Part shown: piece by piece, positions 35,499 through 45,538 of the stretch
Layout: every line of letters begins with the position of its first letter
How positions within the stretch are numbered: position 1 is the first letter of the stretch
From: a virus
Length of the DNA stretch: 64,000 nucleotides
IMG/VR virus record: IMGVR_UViG_3300010316_000005
Coordinates: 64,001 to 128,000 of that record
Direction: 5' to 3' (one strand)
The notes under the pieces: model-generated
What the model saw: the letters and a program-made list of their open reading frames with translations, nothing else
The model's database searches: none
What the model was told of the DNA's origin: nothing
Made by a program: the position numbers and the translations under genes

Positions 35499-36086
35499 AT
35501 GTTTCACAAAATAAAAGAATTTGAAGAGCAGATTGCAGAATTTACCGGAGCGACTTACGCAGTAACTACAGACTGTTGCACTCACGCTATTGAATTGTGC
35601 TTGATACTTGACAAGATCAAGCAGTGCCATTTTAGTGCATACACATATCTGAGCGTAATACAAACTATGCACAAACTAGGAATTGAGTACACACTGATTG
35701 AAGAACCGTGGAAAGGTGAATATCAGTATTACCAAACACGTATTTGGGATAGCGCAAGGCGTTTAGAGCCGAATATGTATAGACATGGACAATTACAGTG
35801 TTTAAGCTTTGGTTTTGGAAAACCGGTTGACATTGGTAGAGGTGGTGCTATACTTTGTGATAACTATGATGATTATAAATTGCTGTCAATGATGAAATAC
35901 GATGGCAGAGATTTAGATATCAGTCCTTGGATTGATCAAACTTATTTTGTCCAAGGTTATCACTATAAACTAAATCCCGAGGAATGTATACGAGGTATGG
36001 AAGCACTAAAACAATACAAGCTAACCGGAGAGTATACTCCTAAAGAAGTATCATACCCAGACTGCCGGAGTGTAAAGATACAATGA
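35499..36086 (+). CDS. DegT/DnrJ/EryC1/StrS-family aminotransferase-like protein (short)
   Basis: FEEQIAEFTG, DCCTHAIEL, WDSA, CLSFGFGKP...GRGGAIL, GYHYKL. Confidence 0.75.
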   Translation: MFHKIKEFEEQIAEFTGATYAVTTDCCTHAIELCLILDKIKQCHFSAYTYLSVIQTMHKLGIEYTLIEEPWKGEYQYYQTRIWDSARRLEPNMYRHGQLQCLSFGFGKPVDIGRGGAILCDNYDDYKLLSMMKYDGRDLDISPWIDQTYFVQGYHYKLNPEECIRGMEALKQYKLTGEYTPKEVSYPDCRSVKIQ

Positions 36087-36742
36087 AGATACTTTGCTTA
36101 GGAGATAGTTGGACCAAAGGTTACGGAGTTATGCGTGACTGGACAAGATATTTACCTTTTGACGTTAAGAATGGCGCAGGAGACGGTGCAGGCTATGTAG
36201 AAATACTTAAACAATTCAAAAGATCTTATAACGATAGCTACGACTTAGTGATTGTAGGCTGGAGTGGTGCAACTCGTGACGACTATCTTGAATTTAGTAT
36301 AACTACTGACGAATCTATTGAACACTTTAAAGATAAAAGCTTAGACGATATACTCAATCGGTGGCACGAACACATTGATGAAATTGTGAATACTGCTAAA
36401 TGTCCAGTTATTCACTTTTCTGTATTTGGCGACGTGCCCGGAAAGCATTATGATAACTTTCTTGAGACTAGCTTTTTAGAATATCTAGCAAATCAAGACG
36501 GCATATATTTTAAGTACAACATTCCCTTATTTGAATTTGATTGGCTTAACGAAAACAATTTCAAAGTTACTGGCCCGTTTGGTAAAAAATATTTTCCAAA
36601 GAATTGGAAACGTGCTTGTGTAGAACGAGAAGCTGTGCGAGACCAAGGGTCATTCTTATACTGCGGACATCCTAATCAGCGCGGACACAAGCTATGGGCA
36701 AAATTTATGGAGATGGAAATTGACTGTTTATTCGCAAAATGA
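36083..36742 (+). CDS. SGNH/GDSL hydrolase-like protein
   Basis: LGDSWTKG at the N-terminus and GHPNQRGHKLWA at the C-terminus. Confidence 0.7.
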   Translation: MKILCLGDSWTKGYGVMRDWTRYLPFDVKNGAGDGAGYVEILKQFKRSYNDSYDLVIVGWSGATRDDYLEFSITTDESIEHFKDKSLDDILNRWHEHIDEIVNTAKCPVIHFSVFGDVPGKHYDNFLETSFLEYLANQDGIYFKYNIPLFEFDWLNENNFKVTGPFGKKYFPKNWKRACVEREAVRDQGSFLYCGHPNQRGHKLWAKFMEMEIDCLFAK

Positions 36743-37637
36743 GTGGAGCCAACTAAAACGAATCGTAGTAGGTTCCGCAGTAAACGCACACTGGCCTGCC
36801 GAGTGTCCTGTGTACCGAGCGCAAGAAAAAACCACCAAGTGGACAGAGACTCCTGTACCCAGTGGCCCAGTTAATCCGTTTGTTATAGATCAGGCCAACG
36901 AAGACTTAAACAACTTTTGTAACAAACTACTCGACGCAGGTGTTACTGTATTGCGACCTACAATAATGGACTTTGCTAGCTTCGATGGTATGTACAATTA
37001 TTGCCCAAGAGATCGTGTACTCATTGTAGGCGATAAGATTATCAATGCTCCGATGTTGTATCCGACTCGTACTAGAGAAATCGAAGCACTTGAACATATG
37101 TTTGATACCGATATAATAACGTGCGACGATGAAGACGCTACGTTTGACGCAGCTAACGTATGTCGCCTAGGAAATGATTTACTGTACCTAGTTAGTGAGA
37201 GTGGCAACCTGGCAGGTGCACGGTGGTTACAGCGCGTCTTAGGCACCGACTACCGCGTACACATCCTCGACAACATCTATGCAGGAGTACACATCGACAG
37301 TACTATCACACCTGTACAAGAGGGACTAGTTGTGCTCAACGGTGACAGAATAAACGACGGCAATCTGCCTGAGGTATTTAAAACGTGGGATAAGATTTAT
37401 GTCACCGGCGATGACATTGCTGCACAGTCATTTATTGAATATCCTTACGCAAGTAAATACATTGCGCTAAACTTTTTAACTGTTAATCCAAATCTTGTAA
37501 TGTGCGATCCGTATCAAGAATTTTTAATACACGAACTATCAAAGCGCAACGTAGAAGCAGTAGGTGTACCGCTAAGGCAAAGCAGAACATTAGGCGGCGG
37601 ACATCATTGCGTTACACTAGACTTGGAGAGAGAATAA
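36720..37637 (+). CDS. Amidinotransferase (glycine/inosamine-phosphate amidinotransferase family)
   Basis: NEWSQLKRIVVG, YCPRD, FDAAN, HIDST, LGGGHHCVTLD. Confidence 0.88.
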   Translation: MTVYSQNEWSQLKRIVVGSAVNAHWPAECPVYRAQEKTTKWTETPVPSGPVNPFVIDQANEDLNNFCNKLLDAGVTVLRPTIMDFASFDGMYNYCPRDRVLIVGDKIINAPMLYPTRTREIEALEHMFDTDIITCDDEDATFDAANVCRLGNDLLYLVSESGNLAGARWLQRVLGTDYRVHILDNIYAGVHIDSTITPVQEGLVVLNGDRINDGNLPEVFKTWDKIYVTGDDIAAQSFIEYPYASKYIALNFLTVNPNLVMCDPYQEFLIHELSKRNVEAVGVPLRQSRTLGGGHHCVTLDLERE

Positions 37638-38134
37638 TGTGGTCAATAGGACAAATTCCAGAAGGAATTATTACAGACGAGTTTAAAGAACTTGATTACA
37701 TCAACGAACCATTTAATGATCCTAAGATAGCCGAAGAATGGGACAAAACATATGGTCCGATATATAGCACAGGCGAGATGGTTGACTACCGACATTACCA
37801 GCCTGCTTGGTATAACAATATTGTTGATTACCTTAAGTTGGGAATAGCAGGAGCCAGTTTTTACAAAATGGGACCTGGTAAGATACTTCCTTATCACAGT
37901 GATGCATATGTGCGCTACATTGAGTACCACAAGATTAAAGACACTCGGTGCATTCATCGAGCAGTTGTATTTTTAGAAGATTGGCAACCCGGGCATATTT
38001 TTGAAGTAGATGGAGTTCCGCTGTATAATTACAAAGCAGGCACATATGTTCTATGGCAGTACAACACTCCGCATATGGCTGCTAATCTAGGGCCGACCAA
38101 TAGATACACTTTACAAATTACAGGTATAAAATGA
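37637..38134 (+). CDS. 2OG-Fe(II) oxygenase
   Basis: LPYHSD...PHMAAN...RYTLQITG; ATG 37637 overlaps the preceding TAA. Confidence 0.75.
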   Translation: MWSIGQIPEGIITDEFKELDYINEPFNDPKIAEEWDKTYGPIYSTGEMVDYRHYQPAWYNNIVDYLKLGIAGASFYKMGPGKILPYHSDAYVRYIEYHKIKDTRCIHRAVVFLEDWQPGHIFEVDGVPLYNYKAGTYVLWQYNTPHMAANLGPTNRYTLQITGIK

Positions 38135-39240
38135 TATTTCCAAATTTAGAAATTATAGATAAAGACGATGCCGTTTACTTTCATAACGATGGAGATGAGG
38201 GAGTTCGGCGTTATTTTTATATACGTAATATCTATCAGCCAGACGAAACTACTGCGTATCTTTTTCTTTCTCAAGAATTTACAAATATTACTAACGCATC
38301 AAACTATATTATCAAAAAGGGCTACACTAAGCTGTTTATCTTTATTGACGATATATTTAGAGATCACTTGATGTTCACCAACGCGCAAGCCGAAATTAAA
38401 GCAGTTAAGGAAATCTTAGAAAAAACTAATATCAAAGACTACCGGATATTCCATTGCGAAATGTTAAATAAAGGCAATTACGAAAATCCATTTGACGTCG
38501 ACATTGAATATTACGACATGTTCCTTACGCACTGGATCAAAAAAAATCCTTACGATCACGAACTAAATATTAACTTCGAAAACAAGATTAGCTTTTACAA
38601 TAATAGAGATGACTATCATCGGCAGTATATGGCAGCAATGCTAATCAACAACAATGACATCGATCTCACATTGAATCAAAAACATCGTTACACATATATA
38701 GCCAACCAATCCAAATTTCCTATCAATCAATTTAGTAAAGGTTTCCAGCGTAGATTAAAGTCAAACTTAATACAGCTGGATAAAGTACATCGCAACTATG
38801 TCGACGGCAATAATTCTGAACTTAAGATGATAGACAACTACAAAGAACAACACGACGACAAAGTTGTTCGTTGGATAGAAAATAGCTTTGTTAATCTCGT
38901 AGGCGAAACAACCTATTATCTTCCCTATCCATATATCAGTGAAAAGTCACTAAAGCCCATGCTCGCACATCGTCCATTTATTATGCTTGGGCCACATAAG
39001 AGTTTAGAAGTATTACGCGAGCTAGGATTCAAAACGTTTGATAAGTGGGTTGACGAGGACTACGACAAGGAGCCGGATCCCCATAAGCGACTTGAAATGG
39101 TTTACAAACTTACACAGGATGTACTACGCAAGGACCCCGACGAGTTAAAAGAAATGTTGCTCGCTATGGGAGGGGTACTGCGGCATAATAAAAAAGTCGT
39201 AGACAGATTACCGCACGATATTTGGGAAAGCCTTTTGTAG
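38131..39240 (+). CDS. Glycosyltransferase-like protein (GT-B, GT10-like C-terminus)
   Basis: VNLVGETT...YISEKSLKP...PFIMLG...GFKTF...DEDYD. Confidence 0.55.
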   Translation: MIFPNLEIIDKDDAVYFHNDGDEGVRRYFYIRNIYQPDETTAYLFLSQEFTNITNASNYIIKKGYTKLFIFIDDIFRDHLMFTNAQAEIKAVKEILEKTNIKDYRIFHCEMLNKGNYENPFDVDIEYYDMFLTHWIKKNPYDHELNINFENKISFYNNRDDYHRQYMAAMLINNNDIDLTLNQKHRYTYIANQSKFPINQFSKGFQRRLKSNLIQLDKVHRNYVDGNNSELKMIDNYKEQHDDKVVRWIENSFVNLVGETTYYLPYPYISEKSLKPMLAHRPFIMLGPHKSLEVLRELGFKTFDKWVDEDYDKEPDPHKRLEMVYKLTQDVLRKDPDELKEMLLAMGGVLRHNKKVVDRLPHDIWESLL

Positions 39241-40449
39241 ATCTGGCATTAAGTTAGGATGCTCTTTAGCACTCTTACTTAGAGTAAAATAATTGTGTAT
39301 AAAGATTGGTAGCATATCTTTCATTATTTGATGCATCTCTTCTTTGTCTTTCTTAATAAACTTTTTTACAGACTTTAACGCAGCATACAATCTGTCTTGA
39401 TCATTTTCTATTGCGTCATACGACTCGTCTATAAATTCACCGCAGGTCTGATACCCTAATTCTTGTAAACGCGTTAAGCTATGTGCTTCGCCAAACAGCA
39501 CAAACGGCTGCAAGAACACAAACGGCTTAATAATCTTTTCACTAAAGAAAATTCGCCCTTCTTCGTTTTGGTGAAAGGTTTCGCTTACGATGTGAAGGTA
39601 ACTATCTAAATACTTTTCAACATTGTCGTCACTTGTTGGATTTTCAGTAGCAAGATTTACATCATATTCCCGAGGAATTGTATGTAAAAGGTTCTTAAAT
39701 TTTTCCACTACCTTCGGATAAAATAAGTTTAAATTGTATAAAGAACCCTGTAGCGCATCACCTTCAAAGTAATTATCACTAAAATCGCCATTTCCCATAG
39801 TAAGAATACCATCGTCTCTATATTTGTACATTTCAGCATATATAGCCATCCTGTGCTCATGCGGACGACGTTGTAAGCATAAAAATTTATGCGGGAGTAG
39901 TTTGTCATTATGAATTCGTTCAACACATTCTCTGAATAGATGCGGCGCTGAACCTTCGTGGTGAATAATAATGTTTTCCCATTCATTGTAGTACACGTTA
40001 GGAATACCGTTAATGTACGGCTCTGTATTTCCAGAAATAAATACAACATGACTTAATTTCAAATTATGAGGGACTATTATCTTTTTCATTAAAAAATGTT
40101 CGAATTGTTTCCAGCCGTGACCTTCGTAAATATTAATAAGTAGCAGCTTGGCTCTATTATTTCTAAGATCTGTTTTTACTTTAGATGGAATTTTTATATA
40201 CACTGAATCATTCATAAAATAGTCAGCTGGACCCGATGCCGCGACGTGTACATAAATTGGATAATAGTAATATCCTTTGTATGTTGAATTTACTCGTTTC
40301 ATTGTATCTTTTAATGGCCACGGGATGAACGACTCTGCGTCATCATCATCATATGCAATGTGATGACAATAGTCTAAATCCCAGCCATTGAACTTCTTAA
40401 TATTTTTTGTATTTGTATCAAGGTAATCGAAGTACATTGGTATTGTCAT
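39208..40449 (-). CDS. Glycosyltransferase-like protein, paralog of 38131-39240
   Basis: HIVSETF...FFSEKIIKP...PFVLFG...GYQT...DESYD. Confidence 0.55.
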   Translation of the reverse strand: MTIPMYFDYLDTNTKNIKKFNGWDLDYCHHIAYDDDDAESFIPWPLKDTMKRVNSTYKGYYYYPIYVHVAASGPADYFMNDSVYIKIPSKVKTDLRNNRAKLLLINIYEGHGWKQFEHFLMKKIIVPHNLKLSHVVFISGNTEPYINGIPNVYYNEWENIIIHHEGSAPHLFRECVERIHNDKLLPHKFLCLQRRPHEHRMAIYAEMYKYRDDGILTMGNGDFSDNYFEGDALQGSLYNLNLFYPKVVEKFKNLLHTIPREYDVNLATENPTSDDNVEKYLDSYLHIVSETFHQNEEGRIFFSEKIIKPFVFLQPFVLFGEAHSLTRLQELGYQTCGEFIDESYDAIENDQDRLYAALKSVKKFIKKDKEEMHQIMKDMLPIFIHNYFTLSKSAKEHPNLMPDLQKAFPNIVR

Positions 40450-41894
40450 TGTATGTTCCTTTTCTGCTGGGCGCAGACATTATAAAAATCAGCCATCTCC
40501 GGAAATGTTTCCAGAAAGTTTACGTTTCGTCTTTTGTCAAGTGCGTTAACAAAATCATAAAATTTAGCTCTCATTTTATTTATTTCAAGGACCGACTCTT
40601 CGGTGTACTTAAAGTTAACTCGATTCATTAAAATTCTTTCAAGCTTCTTAACTTCATATGGTTCAAACTTCCAGCCACAGTTATCATCATTGACATTAGC
40701 TTCCATAAACTCTAAACATTCTTTAATGTATGCTAGCAAGCCGTCGTCGCAATACTGTGCATCTAATAACTGAGGATGGCGTACATACGGAATATCTATT
40801 CCTATTCTCGACCGGCGCGTATTATGTTTGTTTTTAAGTTTAAGTACATGTTCTAGAACTTGCTTAAAGCTAGTAATTGCAAATAAGTTGTACGCAGCCA
40901 TTACTGTTACTCTAACAGACGTTTCGTCAAGTAACTGATTTATGCGTTTAAGAACATTGTCAAATTCAATTCCTGTCCTTGCGTACTCTGCCCGAGATCC
41001 CCAGCTTTCGAAGCTAGTAAAAATAGTAATCTTTTTGAAGTTTACGTCTTTTTCTAATATCTTAATTTTTTCTAGAAAATTATCCCATATCTGGTCCGGC
41101 ACAGAAAGATTAGTATTAATGCTAATTTCTAATTTATCAGACGGATGTACTACAACATAGTCAAGGCTGCGCAATGTGTTTTTATTTAACAATGGCTCGC
41201 CTCCTGTTATCCTAAAATGTCGTAACTTAGGATATATTTCCGGAAACCATTCCCAAAATGCATCAATATAAGGATTGTGTTCCCTGTTAGGAATGACTAA
41301 ATTGTCAAGATCCTGCCATCCTTGCACCCATTGATCTTCTGTATCCTTGCCATCAGTTACTTTAATTGGTCCGTGCTGCTTGAGTTCTTCTGCCCACTTT
41401 GAACTAAATTCAGGACCACAGTACGCACACTTCATATTACACGTATTACCGAAGCTTACTTCTAAATAAGTAGGCTTGAATATGTCGTCACCTTTAGATT
41501 TAGCAATGTTATCGTATTCTAATATTGCCCAGTCTTCGGTGCTCTTTAAATGACGATCACTTAAATTTTTGTTGTCCTCAATTCTCCAACAATAGTCACA
41601 CTCACCAGGACGCTTTCCGTTAAGCATTTCAGTTCTAGCAGCTTTTAATATTGTAGTATTAAAAAGTGCTGCTGGATTTTCTTTAAGTTCGTCGAGTGGT
41701 ATTTTATGTGGTACGGGATGATGACAACTATGCACCTGACCGGTACCTAAGTGCATAGTTACCTGAGTGAACTTTGCTAAACACATACTTGGACTAATAT
41801 GCGCCAACGCTTCTGTTACTTTATTAAGATTGTAATTGCTTTGATTAACTCTTCCGTGCTCGTCAAAGTCTATATTTAAGTCGTCAAGGTTCAT
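40446..41894 (-). CDS. Radical SAM protein with N-terminal Cys-rich extension
   Basis: CLAK...SCHH...CDYCW; CNMKCAYC; TGGEPL; NTNL. Confidence 0.85.
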   Translation of the reverse strand: MNLDDLNIDFDEHGRVNQSNYNLNKVTEALAHISPSMCLAKFTQVTMHLGTGQVHSCHHPVPHKIPLDELKENPAALFNTTILKAARTEMLNGKRPGECDYCWRIEDNKNLSDRHLKSTEDWAILEYDNIAKSKGDDIFKPTYLEVSFGNTCNMKCAYCGPEFSSKWAEELKQHGPIKVTDGKDTEDQWVQGWQDLDNLVIPNREHNPYIDAFWEWFPEIYPKLRHFRITGGEPLLNKNTLRSLDYVVVHPSDKLEISINTNLSVPDQIWDNFLEKIKILEKDVNFKKITIFTSFESWGSRAEYARTGIEFDNVLKRINQLLDETSVRVTVMAAYNLFAITSFKQVLEHVLKLKNKHNTRRSRIGIDIPYVRHPQLLDAQYCDDGLLAYIKECLEFMEANVNDDNCGWKFEPYEVKKLERILMNRVNFKYTEESVLEINKMRAKFYDFVNALDKRRNVNFLETFPEMADFYNVCAQQKRNIQ

Positions 41895-42829
41895 TATTTT
41901 TCAATCTCAATTAATCTATTAGATATTCTTTCAGGGTTTTTATAAACTTCTTTGAAAAACTTACTTTGCTGAACGTCAAACGGATTTTCAGCAATTGGCA
42001 GGTCTAATTCCTTAATAAGCTTCTTGCCTAAATCGGCAGTTTCGTCAAGGACCTCGTGGGCGCTATCAAATAGTGTCGACACTTCTGTTTCCCAGTAAGC
42101 GTTGAGCCATTTAAAGTCTCGTACATTTACATAATCCCAATCTGTACACATTGTTTTATACAGTCCTTCGCGGGCTCCAAATATCGCATACATACCGTTC
42201 TCTACATCAGCACCTGCCATAGTCCAAATATACAACCTATGCATATTCTTCCAGTGATTTTTAAGCAGTTGCTCTTTAGAAGTAGGACGAACTCCTTGAT
42301 CTAGACACATTTTTACACCTTCTCTAAATCCTGCTCTCCAAGCCTGTTGTGGAGAAGCATTATTGTGTATAGTGCTAAAGTTGCCTTCCATTTGAATATA
42401 TCGCACGTCCCAGCAGAATTCTACTTGCGCTGCTTTATTTCTTGGATCTGCTGCTTCGTGAGTTTTCATCGTTAATACGTGATTTTTAGGCCAACATTTT
42501 AAGCCGCCGTTGCCATACACTAATCCGTTAATTTGATTAACTGCGGCCCAACTAATAACACAGTTTTCTAGATCTTCATTTTGACTAAAATCTATTTCTT
42601 GTTCAAGGAATTTTCCATCAACAATGTTGTCGCCGTCAACTGTAATAAATCTATCAGTTTCACTTAGTCTTGCGCAAGCTTTGTGAGCAGCGTCGCTTCC
42701 TTCTACTCCGTGAACTCGTTTAGCCCAAGGAACTTTCTGGCACAAGTCGGCATAATTCTTCTCTGCGTTAGGTTCGTCGTATGACAAGTATATAATGTCA
42801 TAGTCTAGTACTCGAAATTTTTTGGTCAT
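41894..42829 (-). CDS. GT-A-like glycosyltransferase
   Basis: LSYDEPNAE, AHKAC, TVDGD (DxD), YGNGGLKCW, WRAGFREG. Confidence 0.6.
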   Translation of the reverse strand: MTKKFRVLDYDIIYLSYDEPNAEKNYADLCQKVPWAKRVHGVEGSDAAHKACARLSETDRFITVDGDNIVDGKFLEQEIDFSQNEDLENCVISWAAVNQINGLVYGNGGLKCWPKNHVLTMKTHEAADPRNKAAQVEFCWDVRYIQMEGNFSTIHNNASPQQAWRAGFREGVKMCLDQGVRPTSKEQLLKNHWKNMHRLYIWTMAGADVENGMYAIFGAREGLYKTMCTDWDYVNVRDFKWLNAYWETEVSTLFDSAHEVLDETADLGKKLIKELDLPIAENPFDVQQSKFFKEVYKNPERISNRLIEIEK

Positions 42830-43449
42830 AGTTTAACCTCGTGTTTATAATTATCAAAATATTTGTTAGTGTAGATGCTCACTTCTAGATGATTAGATTC
42901 CCATTCGTTTTCGTAAGGAAATTCGATAACATTTTTATAAATTAGTTCTAATACTGCAACTTCAAACCTTCTAATAAGTACGTTTGGATCGTTTTTCTTA
43001 GTTATAGTAAAAGTTAGTTGCTTATGCTGATTGTATCCAGTTTTTTCAAGGAGCGACTGTATCTTCTTGTTTAATGAAACAGCCCATACTTTGTCCTGAA
43101 CGCGCTGTACTATTTTTAATTCGTAATCAGAAGTTTTGGAAACTTTTATCTCAAACAATCTATCATTGATTGACAGATTGTTGACGTTGTTATCTTTTTC
43201 AACTACTGCAAAATCCTTCATTGACGGAATATATGACACTACATAATCTTCCAGCCGTTTATAGCCGTGTAGTACCGGCAAGACGTCTTGCCGAGGCGAT
43301 AGTACCAATTCACTATTTGCTAACTCCGGCACAAGCTTATTAGCAATTCGAATAATTGCGCCTGTTTCTTTAGTATAGTACACAAAAACTTTGCCGCCAG
43401 TTTCAACTTGTTTTGCAATAGTATTAATTAAATCGTTAAGATCCGACAT
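42826..43449 (-). CDS. Hypothetical protein
   Basis: 207-aa ORF within the operon. Confidence 0.65.
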   Translation of the reverse strand: MSDLNDLINTIAKQVETGGKVFVYYTKETGAIIRIANKLVPELANSELVLSPRQDVLPVLHGYKRLEDYVVSYIPSMKDFAVVEKDNNVNNLSINDRLFEIKVSKTSDYELKIVQRVQDKVWAVSLNKKIQSLLEKTGYNQHKQLTFTITKKNDPNVLIRRFEVAVLELIYKNVIEFPYENEWESNHLEVSIYTNKYFDNYKHEVKL

Positions 43450-44281
43450 TTAGTTCTCCCCTATATAGATCTTCTAACTTTTCAGTTAAAAAATCTTCTT
43501 CTGTATAGTGAAAGATTCCTTGCTGTAAATAGTTGCCAATCTTAATTTCAATGTTTTCGTTGATGTACAGCGCAGCTGAGTCAATCCAAGATGTATTAGA
43601 TGTTTGCCAATTTTGTATCTTCGATTTCATATGTGTAAATGTTACAAAATCCATTGACCCATTTGTAATCTCATGAGAAACATCTAAGATTTTAGCAACT
43701 AACGCAGCATTTACATCTACGCTGTTGCGAGACGGTGTTTCATTAGGAAGATATAGCTGGTAAAAATTCTGCCAGTTGTTGTTAACTACCTCGAGCCATG
43801 TGTAGAATTCGTGAGCTTTGTCGCACTTCTTAAAATAATGCATTCCTGAATATAGATTTGGAAGATTGTTGGCTACAAATGTCTTTCTATAAAAGTCCGA
43901 TGTAACTTTTTCGCCGCGATATGTATATACATCCGAAGCAAAAAACAATTCATAGTTTGACATAATATCAAATATGTGACTAATATCGCTTAGTATTAAC
44001 ATGTCGGCATCTAGAACCATAGTTTCATCATACGGAGTGGCATGATATATTTTCCAACGATTCTCGATCTTCCATAATGCATCTTCTGCGTCATCTTGAA
44101 AGGGGATTAAAATTATCTTATCAAAAAATTCCTGGTATTCTTTAGGAACTCTGTCATTAGTAATGATGCTAATTTTTTCTGTTGGATTCGTTTTACGTAA
44201 ACTCATTGCTAATACGCACGCCTGGCGAACGTAATCAGAGCCAATTGTGTTTTGCGCTAGTACAACTATACCTCTACTCAT
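43436..44281 (-). CDS. GT-A (GT8-like) glycosyltransferase
   Basis: TPYDETMVLDADML, YSGMHYFKK, FTHMK, FHY. Confidence 0.65.
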   Translation of the reverse strand: MSRGIVVLAQNTIGSDYVRQACVLAMSLRKTNPTEKISIITNDRVPKEYQEFFDKIILIPFQDDAEDALWKIENRWKIYHATPYDETMVLDADMLILSDISHIFDIMSNYELFFASDVYTYRGEKVTSDFYRKTFVANNLPNLYSGMHYFKKCDKAHEFYTWLEVVNNNWQNFYQLYLPNETPSRNSVDVNAALVAKILDVSHEITNGSMDFVTFTHMKSKIQNWQTSNTSWIDSAALYINENIEIKIGNYLQQGIFHYTEEDFLTEKLEDLYRGELNVGS

Positions 44282-45135
44282 TTTGCTTGCTCCTGATCGA
44301 TAATTCTTCCTAAGCTAAACTTATTCATTACATGAAGGTCAACGCCTTGCGTAGTTATTGCAGTATATTGACCAAGATAATTCTCTTTTTCGACTAGAAT
44401 TGTCAATGTATCATCGTTAAGTTCTTCTAGTACATCTCGGTCAAGAGTATAATGATGACGACCTGGAAGAGGCTGGACAATGTCGCCTTTACTAAAACCA
44501 TTAATTATATGAATTGCAATACTAAAGGCGTAGTCGTTTCTAAACAAAGGATTATTGATTTGATAAACATCCCTGTAATGATCCCACTGTTGCTCAATGA
44601 AGCAAATTAGATTAAAAAATATTTCAGTAAGTAAGGTCTTTCTAAAGAACACAACAGTTGCCCACCAAAAATCAATGCCCTGGTCACTAGTTCTTGTAAA
44701 TTCAAATTTGTCTCTAAATTCTGCTAGATCTTGCGATTTATCAAATGCCATTATATCACTGACACTACCAAAACAGTTCTTAAGAATATCACTGCAAATA
44801 ATGTAGTCCGTGTCCATTAATAATGTTTCTTTATAAGGGGACAATTGATATGCTGAAGCGCGGTCACTGTTCTTAAATGGCAGTTGTCTTTTAGACATTG
44901 TGCCGTCAAAGTAATTACGAATGTTTGTTGCACTGGCTGTATAGTCAACTGCAATAATTTTATCAAATAGATCAGGGCCTGCTTCAGTTAATAAATAATC
45001 GTGCGAGTCTGTTATTACTGATACAGGCACATCTAAATATTGCTTAATACGTTTAGCAGAAAAGATAGCTTGTTTTACATAGTCAACTGTTCCGTTATTT
45101 TTTGCTATTAGCAGTGCGCCTTTACTTTCTGTCAT
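44278..45135 (-). CDS. GT-A (GT8-like) glycosyltransferase
   Basis: SPYKETLLMDTDY, WATVVFFRK, RNDYAFSIA, HVMNK. Confidence 0.65.
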   Translation of the reverse strand: MTESKGALLIAKNNGTVDYVKQAIFSAKRIKQYLDVPVSVITDSHDYLLTEAGPDLFDKIIAVDYTASATNIRNYFDGTMSKRQLPFKNSDRASAYQLSPYKETLLMDTDYIICSDILKNCFGSVSDIMAFDKSQDLAEFRDKFEFTRTSDQGIDFWWATVVFFRKTLLTEIFFNLICFIEQQWDHYRDVYQINNPLFRNDYAFSIAIHIINGFSKGDIVQPLPGRHHYTLDRDVLEELNDDTLTILVEKENYLGQYTAITTQGVDLHVMNKFSLGRIIDQEQAK

Positions 45136-45481
45136 GATCGATTAACGCTTCTACAGTTCTCTTGCTTTTTATTTCGGTAAATTTATTATAGTAGTCGTTT
45201 GATGCTGAGAAATAAACGTCGAGAATATCGTCATAAAATTTACTCAAGTCCTCGATTTTAATCGGAGTGCTATTGTCGTCTAATAGTACAACATCTTGAT
45301 CTGTTCCGTGGTCTACTAAGTAGCCAACAAATGTAATCAAATCTTTAGATACTAAAAACTGACATCCGCCGTGATAAAATAATAGGTCTTCAAAATACTT
45401 TTCTTTAATCATTCTTTTTTGGTTATTAAGTGTAACCATATAGTTAGAAATGTCTAACGCTTGCTTTAATCTTTCATCCAT
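45122..45481 (-). CDS. Hypothetical protein
   Basis: 119 aa; GAGGA RBS. Confidence 0.7.
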   Translation of the reverse strand: MDERLKQALDISNYMVTLNNQKRMIKEKYFEDLLFYHGGCQFLVSKDLITFVGYLVDHGTDQDVVLLDDNSTPIKIEDLSKFYDDILDVYFSASNDYYNKFTEIKSKRTVEALIDHDRK

Positions 45482-45502
45482 TAAGAGTCCTCACTTTACT
45501 CG

Positions 45503-45531
45503 ATTATATACTAATTTATCAAGAAAGTCAA
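45503..45531 (-). promoter_or_regulatory. sigma70-type promoter for the glycosyltransferase operon
   Basis: TTGACT-N17-TATAAT on the minus strand. Confidence 0.7.
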
Positions 45532-45538
45532 GTGGTTA

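Noticed and set aside
36720-37637. Amidinotransferase as archaeosine (G+) synthase for the deazaguanine pathway
   Set aside because: It is a pentein-fold Arg-dependent enzyme, not ArcS, QueF-like or Gat-QueC, and it lies 27 kb away among sugar-modifying genes.
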